Source: Massalongia carnosa
Taxonomy: Eukaryota
Direction: 5' to 3'
Assembly: GCA_965645245.1 (NCBI GenBank)
Contig: OZ287077.1
Coordinates: 558,001 to 622,000, forward strand
DNA length: 64,000 nucleotides
Under the pieces are notes generated by a model, which was not told the origin of the DNA, did no database searches, and was given only the letters and a program-made list of their open reading frames with translations. Position 1 is the stretch's first letter. Each line of letters begins with the position of its first letter. Below are positions 11,343-22,624 of the stretch, piece by piece. The position numbers were made by a program, and so were the translations under genes.

Positions 11343-14300
11343 ATGAATCCTTTTCGGTCCAGGAAGAAGTCTCACGATGCTGGCGAATCGCGAAGACCGT
11401 CGGTTGACTCCGATGCTCCTCCTGTACCTTCGTTTGCGTCTAAAACCTTCAAGAGAAGCAAGAAGCCCATGCCAGAACCAAAGCAGGAAGTGAACATCGC
11501 TGCGGCCTTGCCATCGTCCGATGATTTCCGTACCAGCTTGCTCATGCCCAATCTGTCGGCAAGATTTAGCATGCTGAGAGAGCAGGATGACCTGACCTCC
11601 AAGATCGGCAAAGCCAACGACGATAGCGTTTTGTTTCCCAAACGGGCCTCGAGGCTGAACTTGTTCAATCGCAACGAACTCACGGATATTGCCGAGGTTG
11701 ACTCCATCCGAAGTTCGGTCCGCCCACCGCTAGCGCCTTGGAAAACCGACTCGTATGGGTCCTTCGACGGCTATGGCACCGAAGACGATGGTTCTCGTTC
11801 CGGGAGCGTGATGAGCCGGGCGAGGCCGGGTGAAGGCAATACGATGTTTGGTGGGCGTCAAAAAATATACAAGATCAACGTGGGAGGGACAGGTTCCTCG
11901 AGGAATGTCAGCGGAAGCGAAGATGGTGACATATCATGGAGCAAAGGCATGGGTGGGAAGGTGCTCTACGGAGACGACGTTTCTTCATCCGCTTTTCAAA
12001 AGCTTCGAGAGCAAGAAAAGCGTGAGCAGGAGACAGCCGACCCTGACCCGGAAAGTGTGCGATCATCCAAGGAGTATGACCGATCCAGTTCCCCGCCAGC
12101 AGTCAGTTATAACCAATACCGCGAGACGGCGTCGTCAATCACCTCGGTTCTCTCGGAATCTCGGATCTCAACCGCCGCAACCTCGGTAGCCTCTCAACGA
12201 TCGATGCACGGTCACGGGAACATGAACGGATCCCCTCATGCGATGTCCGCGTCAGCTCAAGCCTCGACCAACGCCCTCAACATAGATCGGCAAAATCACA
12301 AGTCGAGAAGGCTCTATGGCCAAGGGCTTGATCAGCACATGTTTGACCAGCAGTCTTCGGCGGTGAACCGAATAGAATCGTTACATCGGCAGCGAGGCGT
12401 GATTGGAGCCACGTCTTCGACACGGCTTTCGCAGTCGCGAAGCGCGAATAACCTAAACGAACAGTTTCAGCGCTCAGGGCCGGTGTACGCATCCAACCCA
12501 CCCACGGCCAGTAGTCTCCATGGTTCTGGCACGCCGCCACGCCTGGCAGAATTCGATTTGAGCCTGCATGAGGCGCATCCTGTGGCTGCCAGGAGTCAGC
12601 ACGACGCACCCTACTGCCGGTCGCCTCCTTTGAGCCCTCCTATGAGCCCGATTCAGGACCCCGCCTTGATCGCTGCGCTTGAGCCGAACGATATCGGTAA
12701 AGCGACGGCATCCGGGGCTTTCGACAAACCGAGGAAGCAATACAACGAACAACAGTATTTGCAACGGCAGCTGCAGCTGCAGCAAGGTCGGGAAACCCCT
12801 CCGCTGAGTCGATCGTTCTCTCCATCGACGTTGTCTGTTGACGAGCCGACCGCTGGTCGCGTTCGGAACAACTCCGTCACAAGCGCGCATTCGAGACCCA
12901 TCTCGTTGAAAAACCACCAAGGCTCCAACGAACAAGCATCCAGTGTTGCATCTCCAAATCAAGACCTAGGCGCTAAAGTTCATCCGGACGATCAGCATCG
13001 TCCAAACCAGGAGGAGAAGTTTTTGGCGCGTGTGAGTCCTGGCGATAAGCCTGTGCAGCTGAAGGGGCTATCAACATCACAGGAGAACTTGAATCCCTCC
13101 CCATCCAGGTATCAGCAACCTTCAAACGTCTTGTCCGAGGACTTGCGGTTAGGTGGCCCTCCCGACCAAGTCCACCCGTTATATCGTAGTCATCATCCCG
13201 CCTATCTGCATCCCCCGTCAAAGACTCCAGTGGACAATGCAAGTGAGACGACCGTCGCCCAAGAACTTGAAATGTCGCCCGACACAGGAAACCCAAAAGG
13301 GTTCGATGCCGATTCGCCAACATTGGGTCCGGTCACCGGGGTGAATGGGCTGAATGGGCTGAATGGTCTTGTCCGAGCTCATCTGAGGAACGGCAGCGGC
13401 CAATCTTCTGTTTATCCTGAACAATCTCCTGATCTCATCTCGACATTTCCACGCGAGTCTCGTAGCGAGGGCGTTCCGAATAACGGACCTGAAGCCAGGA
13501 GGTCTGAAGCTTCTTTTCACAAAGAGGCCTGGGACACCGATGTACCGGTCAGAAGGCATGAATCCCCGGGGGTAGGCGTTGACAATCCCGCAATCCCACC
13601 TCCTTTGTCTTTCCGAGCACGTCAAATCTTGGATCAGGCGCACGCTTTGCGAAACCACGAAGCTTTTAAGGCAAAGCAGTTGCAGGGGAATCACCAAGTC
13701 CAGCGGATCGTGATCGATGAAGCACCTCGGGCGAGCCAAGAGTCTTCCAACGTCTCGTGGCAAGATCAGCTAAAAGCTCATCATACGCGCGACGGAAGCA
13801 CCGAGACGGAAAAGGAACGAGAAAGCTTTGCCAACGAGCTTGCCGAAAGACGACGCATGGTGCGCGACAACCTCAAGAGCTTTGTGGAAAATGAAAGCAG
13901 ATCGGTCAGTCCAATGCCAGGGGCCCGTGCGCACGAGAACAGCCCTTCGAAACCGGGAGCCCCTTTTGGGGTTCTGAGGACAAACAGCGGCAGGGGCTCT
14001 TTGGCTGCCAGACAGGACCCTCCGTCCAAGGCGATGAAGATGCTGGGTATCAACGCAACACCGAGCCATTCCAACGGTAGTTCTCGATCAGGATATGAAC
14101 TTGTTTCAGGGAATGAGTTTGACCAGCCACCTCATCTCCTCCACGATCGCAAGCCACCTGCCAACGCACGAGCTGCTCAACCTGGATTCCAGAATCCAAA
14201 TTACTCTCAACCGCAAAGGCAGCGAGACTTCTCCAACGAGCAATCGCTGGAAAACCTGCCACGGAGAACATCGCCTCCGTCGTCAAAGTCCTCCCGAAGT

Positions 14301-15317
14301 GGCCGATCGAACTTTGAGTCGCCCGAGCGCCGGTCTGGTGGTCCAGATCGCAGGAACCGTGGCGAGCTGTACGGAGGAGGAGTCAACGGATCGGAACGCG
14401 TCAACGGTTATCATGCAGATATGCCGCAATATCGCACATACTCCAACGCTCCCAGATCAGCGCCAGAACTGATGGAAAGCGTTCCCAGCAAGCACGAGCC
14501 ATTGCAGCCCCCGACCTCTGATCGATTGCGGAGCAACAGCAAGAGCAACAGCGCGGCCGGATACTTTGAACCGAGAGGCAAACTAGCCGTTCAAACGAAC
14601 TCGCCCTACAACCATACCCTTTCACCCGGAACTCCCTACATCACGCGTTCTGCAACCTCCCTCCACGACCACTCCTCCAATACTCCTTTGGTGACGACGC
14701 CAGTAATGATGACCCCCTCTCCCTCAACCCTACCCGCCCGCGTCCCAACGCACCGCAAGCGTTCCATCAACAAGCAGGATATTTCCGACCCAACCTTCAT
14801 ATCAAGCACCTCTTCCGTCGGCACCATCAACCTCCCCCCGGGTGCCAGCCTTAGCAATGGCATGGAATCCCCTCAGCTGGCTCAACCTCCTCCAGTACCC
14901 CCTCTCAACCCGCGCCGAAAACGCACTCAAACCCTGCTTCAAGCTCTCGGCCGCCCGGAGAAAACCGATCCCTCTTCCGCACCCAACCCCGCCCCATCGT
15001 TCGAAGCTCATGAAGAGCGCAGCACCTTTTCCGCCGACGAGCGCGAACATCGGTTCAAAGGCCGCCAGCGCATCCGCAAGACGTCTAGCGAAGGCGGCAG
15101 CATGAACGGCAAAGCGCGGCAGCAGGTCCTCTTAGCGCCTAGCCCCGCCGTGCCTCCGTTCCCGCAGAACCGGTCTCCACCGTTGCCGAGTTCTGGAACC
15201 CCCACGTTCCCGCACCCGGGCGTGCAGATATTCCCGCAGCAAGCGGCGGCGGGGGCAGGGACGAGGCTGACGACGTTCCCGTCGGGCGTGGAGCGAGAGT
15301 CGGAATTTATGTTCTGA
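11343..15317 (+). CDS. Large, mostly disordered conserved Pezizomycotina hypothetical protein (1324 aa, single exon)
   Basis: Long uninterrupted ORF rich in Ser/Pro/Gln. Conserved-looking blocks include DDFRTSLLMPNLSARFSMLREQDD, EGNTMFGGRQKIYKI and RKRSINKQDISDPTF. Confidence 0.88.
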   Translation: MNPFRSRKKSHDAGESRRPSVDSDAPPVPSFASKTFKRSKKPMPEPKQEVNIAAALPSSDDFRTSLLMPNLSARFSMLREQDDLTSKIGKANDDSVLFPKRASRLNLFNRNELTDIAEVDSIRSSVRPPLAPWKTDSYGSFDGYGTEDDGSRSGSVMSRARPGEGNTMFGGRQKIYKINVGGTGSSRNVSGSEDGDISWSKGMGGKVLYGDDVSSSAFQKLREQEKREQETADPDPESVRSSKEYDRSSSPPAVSYNQYRETASSITSVLSESRISTAATSVASQRSMHGHGNMNGSPHAMSASAQASTNALNIDRQNHKSRRLYGQGLDQHMFDQQSSAVNRIESLHRQRGVIGATSSTRLSQSRSANNLNEQFQRSGPVYASNPPTASSLHGSGTPPRLAEFDLSLHEAHPVAARSQHDAPYCRSPPLSPPMSPIQDPALIAALEPNDIGKATASGAFDKPRKQYNEQQYLQRQLQLQQGRETPPLSRSFSPSTLSVDEPTAGRVRNNSVTSAHSRPISLKNHQGSNEQASSVASPNQDLGAKVHPDDQHRPNQEEKFLARVSPGDKPVQLKGLSTSQENLNPSPSRYQQPSNVLSEDLRLGGPPDQVHPLYRSHHPAYLHPPSKTPVDNASETTVAQELEMSPDTGNPKGFDADSPTLGPVTGVNGLNGLNGLVRAHLRNGSGQSSVYPEQSPDLISTFPRESRSEGVPNNGPEARRSEASFHKEAWDTDVPVRRHESPGVGVDNPAIPPPLSFRARQILDQAHALRNHEAFKAKQLQGNHQVQRIVIDEAPRASQESSNVSWQDQLKAHHTRDGSTETEKERESFANELAERRRMVRDNLKSFVENESRSVSPMPGARAHENSPSKPGAPFGVLRTNSGRGSLAARQDPPSKAMKMLGINATPSHSNGSSRSGYELVSGNEFDQPPHLLHDRKPPANARAAQPGFQNPNYSQPQRQRDFSNEQSLENLPRRTSPPSSKSSRSGRSNFESPERRSGGPDRRNRGELYGGGVNGSERVNGYHADMPQYRTYSNAPRSAPELMESVPSKHEPLQPPTSDRLRSNSKSNSAAGYFEPRGKLAVQTNSPYNHTLSPGTPYITRSATSLHDHSSNTPLVTTPVMMTPSPSTLPARVPTHRKRSINKQDISDPTFISSTSSVGTINLPPGASLSNGMESPQLAQPPPVPPLNPRRKRTQTLLQALGRPEKTDPSSAPNPAPSFEAHEERSTFSADEREHRFKGRQRIRKTSSEGGSMNGKARQQVLLAPSPAVPPFPQNRSPPLPSSGTPTFPHPGVQIFPQQAAAGAGTRLTTFPSGVERESEFMF

Positions 15318-16166
15318 GATGTAAAACACTCTGGAGGCGCTTTGATTTTCTTCGTCGCATTTTAGCAGGCGATTCTTTTGTAACGATTCTTCCAACAGCT
15401 TGTCTGTTCCATTTCGATTTCTCTTCCAAAAGTACATTGTTTAAACCATTCATCATTCTTCTTCGTTCGAGCTTTTCCGCGGGCGCTTTCTCCCCACCAA
15501 GAAAATGGGTTCTCCTTCGGGTTCTTGTGACGAATATGATACGGGTGGAGGGATGGAGGGATGGAGGGACGGAGAAGATAAGGGGAGAATGAGAAAGGGA
15601 AGGAGGAAGGAGGAGTGATGGGTAGAAAAAATCCCAACCATTTGATATTTCGATAGATACACATGTACGAGCTAGTTTTAAATTTATTGTCTTATCTTGT
15701 TAGTTATCGTATTTCTACAATTTTCCTACCTTGATTCAGAGACTTGGAACCTTTCCCCCCCTCCCTTTCAATGCTATCTTCTCTATTCTCGTCTTTCTTC
15801 TCTTCCCAATAATAATAAACGGAACCCACCCACCCATCCCCCCTTTCCCCTTGATAGCGAAACTTCGCTTCCCCCCCCCCCCCCCCCCCCCCAGAGATTA
15901 ACGAATCAACTCGGTTTGACTCCTTTCGGGTAATTTCTCGTCTCATCCCATCCCATCATCTACCTAGATATATCTAGAAAAAGTTACTTAGAGAGAAAGC
16001 TGAGGGGGAGGTTTGTATAGATACATAATATTGTATGTATACTGACTGACTGGATTTTATCTTGATTTTTGTTTTTTTTTTACCCACTACATCCATCCAT
16101 CACATCCGTCACCTCCACCTCCACCTCCACCTCCCTGCTCCTTTCGTGAAGAGATGTATGTGAGAG

Positions 16167-16207
16167 AATGGGATGGGATGGGATGGGATGGGATGGGATG
16201 GGATGGA
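16167..16207. repeat. Microsatellite (GATGG)n in a convergent intergenic region rich in simple repeats
   Basis: About 8 pentamer copies. Nearby are a poly-C run (15871..15891), (CT)n and (CAGCCACCCACC)x3. Confidence 0.85.
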
Positions 16208-16610
16208 TGAATGGATGGAAACGGATAGAGAGAGCACAAAAAAGGACACACGGGAAGAGAGAAACTGGAAGAAATTGGGTTATTCTGTCACTACTGACGT
16301 GTCTGGTTAGATATATATTTAGAGCTAAGTTGGGTGTTTTGATTGGAATTAGTTTCTCTCTCTCTCTCTCTCTCACACAAAAAGAAAAAGAAAAAGAACA
16401 AATAGATTGAACAAGCTCCGAACCCAACCCCCCCCCCACCCTACCTAATTATCAAAACACAAAACATCCATGTCCTCATCTGCCCAGCCACCCACCCAGC
16501 CACCCACCCAGCCACCCACCCAGCCATTCATTCGCGCGACCAGGAACCAAGCAAATTCAGCCCGAAAAAGGCGCCTGGAAAACGAAGGTATGAATTCCGT
16601 CCATGCATCC

Positions 16611-18389
16611 CTACTCCTCTCTCATTTTCCTCTTGCTAGCACCAGCCCCCCCCGCACCATCCCCACCTCCCCCGTCTCCCCTCAACATCCGCAACACCCA
16701 CCTCAGCGCCCCATCTTTAAGCGGCTCTTCCCCCCCCTTTTCCACCACCACGCCCAACACCGCCATAGCCACCACAAAGACGCCCACCTCGCCGCTCCTC
16801 ACGCCGCGCCACCAGCCCCTCTTCCGGCCCACCCGCCACGCCGACTCGACACTCAGCCGGAGCGAATACAGGCCGTTGGCGCGGGCGCTAGGCGGGTCGA
16901 GCACGAGCGCCCACAAGCCGCCGAGGGCGCCGCCGAGGAGCCAGCGGCGGGTGGGGAGGACAGTGCGTGGGAGGAGCTGCTGGAAGAGGCAAATGGAGCC
17001 CCAGCTCGTGGCGATGGCGGCACTGACGAAGAGCGTGAGGCGGGCGATGCGGGAGGTAAGGGCGCGCGCTTCGCGGCCGGGGTGGGCGAGAAAGCGGGCG
17101 TAGCGGGGGAGGGAGAAGAGAGGGAGGAGGAGCGAGAAGAGTTTGAGGAGGGGCGGGAAGGAGGAGAGGAAGTGGTCCAGGGAGACGGCGAGGCAGGAGG
17201 GAGAGGACGGGTGTAGGAGGGCGCAGGAGAGAGAGGTGAGGAGGGGAGAAGCGGGCGATGTGAGGGGGGTTATCGCGGAGAGAGAGGATGGGAGGAGGTG
17301 GTTGGGATGGAGGATTGGGGAGGTGAAGGGTCTGGTAGGCGGTTTAGCGAGGACCTATTTAGGGGAAGGGACGTGGGAAAGGGGGAGGGGCTTACGGCCA
17401 GTTCAGGCGGGACATCTCGGCTAAGCTATCGATTATGGTGGTTGTGCTTGGCCACGGGAGGGTAGCGGGGTAGGATGGAGGGCGCCGTTGAATGTAGTGT
17501 GGGGTGTGGTCCAGAATGAAATCTCCGTAGGCCTTTTTCAACGGGTCAAGACCGTTGGTGATGGAAGGGCTACAAACGGAAAACGCACCTTCGGGAAACA
17601 ATCCCTATCAAACACAAACGCATGCAGCAGCTGCCCCGTTGCCACCGGCATCAACATCCAGCTCCCCCACCACCGCGGCTTCCCTCGAAACCAGCCCTCA
17701 TTCTCCAGCGCATTGTACGTGACCTCGGCCGCTTTCGTCGCGACGTAGATGGCAATGGTGACACGCAGCTGCTGGGCTGGGTACACTCCCAGGGCGAAGC
17801 CTGCCAGGCTGGCACCGATAGGAGGCGCGAGGCGAGAGGTAAGAGCGCGGGAGATGCGAGGGTTTCGACGGCGGAATGAGGCGGCGGTGCGAGCGAGGAG
17901 GGTGGCGCGGAGACGGGTGAGAAAACGGAAGAGGAGACGGTGGAGGAGGAGGATGAGAGAGAGGGAGAGGGAGAGGCGGAAGCTGGAGGAGTTGAGGAAG
18001 GGGGTTTTGGGTCTGGGTCTGTGATGGTGTCAGCGCATGTGGTCTTCCTCCAAACGTTGGAGTCCTGTTTACTTCTGGACTCTCGCTTTCCCGAGTAGAT
18101 TGGTCGTTATCAAGTCCCAAAGCTTCAGCCCGGTTTGGGTTGCTACGAAGACGCGCAACGACGTCCGGACAGCAGCGATGTTGAAATCATCCTTAGACTG
18201 AACGATGGAGGAGTATTTCGGCGGCGCAGGGGCACGTTTCCGCACCGCGGGGGGAGCGCGAGTGATGAGATACTCATGGAGCGTCTTGTATTCTTTCGCG
18301 CTGATGGTGTAGCGGAGGGCGTTGCGGAGGACTGGGTCTATTCTAGCAGGACTTGGGGGTGGAGATGGATAGGGGTCTTCTGGCGGCAT
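16611..18389 (-). CDS. Integral membrane protein, TMEM135/PXMP4-like, 4 exons
   Basis: Introns 18019..18072, 17533..17588 and 17332..17395 give one continuous frame: DPVLRNALRYTISAKEY ... WWGSWMLMPVATGQLLHAFVFDRDCFP ... LSCALLHP ... ATSWGSICLFQ. Confidence 0.85.
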
Positions 18390-18509
18390 ATTGATGACGA
18401 GAAGGAGTTCATGGGCTTGAGCACATAGATTTCTTCTGTTCACATCCACGTGGGGCTCAGGAACCTCGGCTAACGAGTTAGTCATCCATGTTCAGACGTT
18501 TCCACATTC

Positions 18510-19192
18510 TTGCCTCAGTAACCTCAGACGTGCCCGGCTAAGCCCCTTCGGGTTAGCCTTACAGAACGTTAAGCCCCTTCGGGTTAACAGGCTGACTACG
18601 CAGCACATCTGTAGCAAGTCTGAGCCCAAAACTCAAGATTATGGTCAGATATGGCTTAACGATCATGACAAGAACGATTTCGACCTTATAGAACAACGTC
18701 ACAACTTCATTGTTTTCATGTTTGTAACGTCGTCGTCGCTTGATATGATCATGATCAATGTATTTTTGATTTTTTCGTTATAAATTTCAATCTTTATTTA
18801 TGTTTATAACGTGCAGAGCAATTTTACATACATCTTGTTATTTTCGTTAAGTCGATTCTCGATTTCTATGCGAAGTGCAATTAGATTGCCCCACATGAAC
18901 TTTACAACGAACAGGAATTTCAGGAAACTTCTTATACAAATTCTACTTGAATTCTTTCGAAGAAATAGCCCGTGTCAAACGAAAAAGCAAGACGTCAAAA
19001 TGTCGAAAAATCGCAATAATACACGATTTATTACGAATACCCGACCGGAATATTTAGTTTTGCGCTCAGACGTGCTATCGCAGCCACGTTAGTCAGCTGG
19101 GACGCTAATCCGAAGGAGCTTAGCGAAATAGGCTAACCCGGAGGGGCTTAGATGGCTCCTAGAGCCCATGCACGTCTGAGGTACTGAGGCAA
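18510..19192. mobile_element. Non-autonomous TIR element (MITE), 683 bp, 8-bp TSD CCACATTC
   Basis: Termini TTGCCTCAGTA(A)CCTCAGACGTGC ... GCACGTCTGAGGTACTGAGGCAA. CCACATTC at 18502..18509 and 19193..19200. Subterminal CTAAGCCCCTTCGGGTTAG repeats flank an AT-rich non-coding interior. Confidence 0.9.
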
Positions 19193-19443
19193 CCACATTC
19201 TGCTGTGATCACGCTTTTCATTGATTTCGTCAATAGCTCGTCATCTCTGGAATGTCTCGAGATGCAAAGAACGCCCCCTGATGCTCTATACCCTGAACAC
19301 CCCTGTTCCGAAAATCCCCAAAGGACAAGTCATGCGCCTGTTCATCAAATCGAACCCTATGCAAGATCCAACCTCGCGGTATCAATACTGACAAACGATC
19401 TAGCCGCTTCCAAATAAATGGCGTGGGCATAAGCTCTCACTAT

Positions 19444-21251
19444 CTACGCCTCAATGTGCACAAACTCAATATGAATCACTTCACACCGAGGTTCCTCATG
19501 AGGAGCCGAGGCAAGACAAGGTGCTACAGGCCTCACCGTGGCGGTCTTGTTCTTCTCGCGTTCAATCCAAAAGACTTGGATGGCCCCCAGGATAGCAACA
19601 AATCCACTTCCCCACCAGGCTAGGCCAGTGAACCGTTGCCGAGCCCCAAGGCTGTACAAATATCCAGCCAGCGGAGGCGCAACAGTGCGACAACCGGCGG
19701 CTGCGGAAGCAGCGAGACCGTTGATCTTACCCAAAACCGATGACGACGGGCTCGCCTCCTTTAACAAGATCAACAGTAGAGGGTAGGCCAGGATGGAGGT
19801 GAAATTCCGAATCGTCAGACTCGCCCAGATCCCAGGGTACAAAAGGCCATCCGGCAGAAAGGCAAGATAGGGTACCATGAAATAGTCAATTGGGTGGAGA
19901 AAGGTAACCATGATCAACAGCTTCCAAATACCCAGCCAGGTGGCACAAATGGGGAAAACCACGGCCTGAATAAACAGTGCGATCAGGCCGTTGACGGACA
20001 TGATAATACCGACCGCCTGTGTCGTCAACCCGAGGCCTCCTGGAATGTCCAAGGATAAAGCAGACATGGTCGAGACGCTGCCGTCTCTCTTGTCTTGTAG
20101 GAAGATTGGAAGAAGGTGATCATAAGTCATGCTGTGGTAGGTGAATATCCCAAGAGCGATTACAATCATGCAGACTCGTCTGGTAAAAACCTTCGATCCA
20201 GCAAAGGAGGAGACATGAGAGGATCCGTCTTCGTTGACTTGCCATTTCTTCTCCTCTTGGATGTTCACGGTGTTGAAAGTTCCATAGCTATCAGCGCGCA
20301 AGTCTACGCCAGAAGTAGCCGTGGCGCCTGCCGTCGCCATGAGCGGAGTCTTCGCGCTTATATGGTCCAAGTCTTCCTGCGTGCTCCGTGGCTGCATGTC
20401 TGGATGCGTTTCCACCATAAGAAAGAATCCCGCAAGGATGCTTATCAGAAGTAGCGCAGCACAAGCTAGGTTTGGAAGAAGGTATGGGAACTTCGCGAAG
20501 AGTCCGGAGGTGGAGATCAGCAACGGCATGGAGACTGAGGGATTCGCAAGCATGCCACCAATCGCCGGTCCTATGATGGTACCGATGGACCACACAAATG
20601 GCATTACAGCGTACGCTCGTGCTGTCGTGCTTAGCCATTTATTATCCACCTGAAGGATTGTACTCACGTTCGTGTGCTGGGTTACGCACGAGCTCTCCTA
20701 CCATTGTTTGGAACACCCCGATGTTTCCGTCTTCATTCCCAATCAGCTAATCAACTTCACGATCAATATCCTCGCATGGAAGATGCTCACTGAGAAAACC
20801 GCCCAGCGCTCTGCCGGCCAAGGCAACCCAGAAATTGGGGGCAAGACCGACAATGAGCATGGATGCCATGGTGCCGCTACATCCAACCAGTAGGACTGGC
20901 TTTCGACCAACTCGATCGGACAAACATCCCCAGAACATGCCCGTCACGCTTTCAGCACAAGAGAAGGCCGAGCTGAAGAGACCGGCATACAAGGACGCGC
21001 TACTCTCATCGCCGACGTGGAAGTCTTTCACCATGACCCATGCATAGGGAAAGCATGAGGCCAGAGCGATTGGCTCGGCGACACGGCATATCGCTATTGA
21101 CGGTGGTGTTAGCGATGGTTTCGGTCCCCTTCCATCATGTGTTTGCCGGCACACGAACGAAAAATCGAGCAGGCGCACCTAGGATCAAGAGCTGCAAGGT
21201 CGGAGAGCTGTCGTGAGTGCGAGGAGTTCTTGGTGAAGGCGTTAATACCAT
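19444..21251 (-). CDS. Major facilitator superfamily transporter (ZIFL/MFSD10-like), 4 exons
   Basis: MFS motif A WGCLSDRVGRKPVLL, NGNIGVFQTMVGEL and many hydrophobic segments. Introns at 21094..21178, 20731..20790 and 20622..20667. Confidence 0.92.
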
Positions 21252-22624
21252 CTCGTTAACGTCGTGACGGAATCTCACAATACACAACTGGATCCTTTCC
21301 TTTGGAACGTCAAGGATACTCAGATGTGTCAAACCACGGCAGCCTTTACGTTTTTCAATGCGTGATGAGAGCAGCACGAGTGGAACTCGACCTGGTACTC
21401 TGTATTTCGGCGGCACGTTTGAACTCTAGCGCAAAAGGTGAGGGCAAAGGGGAGGATTGGTATCCTCATGATATTGTGTGTGTCACGGGAACAAACACCC
21501 AGTTCCCGATAGCGGCTCCGAGCCCTTTGAGCGGGGGTGGGGGGACGGGGGGGGCGTTTGGGACCCGTCATGAACCAGCGCTAACCTAGAGGCGGGTTGT
21601 TGCGGGGTCAGCAAGCAACGGCATTCGGACTTTTCGACCTTGATATGGTTTAGTGTGAGGCTCATCTTCCACAGGAGGGATCATTGCGATTGGTGTGATT
21701 GGTCCATGGGTCTAAATTCCCATGCCTATGGACTCCATTCCACCATGCTCCCTTGTCCGTCATTTTTACACAATACGTGGAGATATCAGAATCACTAGAT
21801 CATCCGCTCACATGTTCTGTTATCGGTAACATCACCCCTCTCAAAACACAAGAGTGCCGGTGTAGGTGCTCGATCTGTGGATCGGATTTCTCTTCACTCG
21901 ACGAATTGCTCCATGGACCTGTTTTCATTACGTTGGTGTCAGTGAAGTCGGGGGCCGGGTCTGCAGTCCAATTCTAGGAGCATGCTCGAAGTCACACATA
22001 ATAGTCTGCCGTGCTGGTCCTCTGTACGCATGGTTTTCACCGCTTGATGTACACCGTTGCCGGCACAGGCTAGGTACAGAGAGTATGGATGAACGGATCG
22101 ATCAGTAATTGTGCTGGACGTTCTAAGTATGCCCTTCCATTCCGAATGTGGTTTGGCGTGATTATGTTCAGGACAAAGACAATTGTTCGTTACGTCGTGT
22201 CAAACCACAAACACAGATGCAACGCAGTCAAACACATTGAACCGGGTTTTCAAACGAGTGGTGCGCTGGTTTGCAGCTGGAAAGATCCTCATATGCTTGT
22301 TCGTATAACTATAGAGTACCAAGAACTCAACATGCTGCTTATTAAGTTACAATGTTTCAATGTAGGTATAGCGTTCGTGATGGTCGGCTGCAGAGCACTC
22401 GTCCTCCTTCCTGCCAGTTCTCGAAAAGGGGAACTGCTTCGGAGACACGGCCTGATCGATTGCTAATTGGCGCTTCTATCGTATGTCTCTACAGTCCAGG
22501 GTTCATCTTTCATTCGAAGTTCGCTTCTCACATTCATTTTCTGTTGCGAAACTGGTACTTGCTACACTCTTTCTCACCTTATCAGCAAGCTCTATTACTT
22601 ATTCACTCTTTTACTCCTACCAAC

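Noticed and set aside
16470..17216. 248-aa plus-strand ORF, and likewise 44068..44937 and other long antisense ORFs
   Set aside because: These are shadow ORFs opposite GC-rich real genes (TMEM135-like, TOR) with low-complexity translations.
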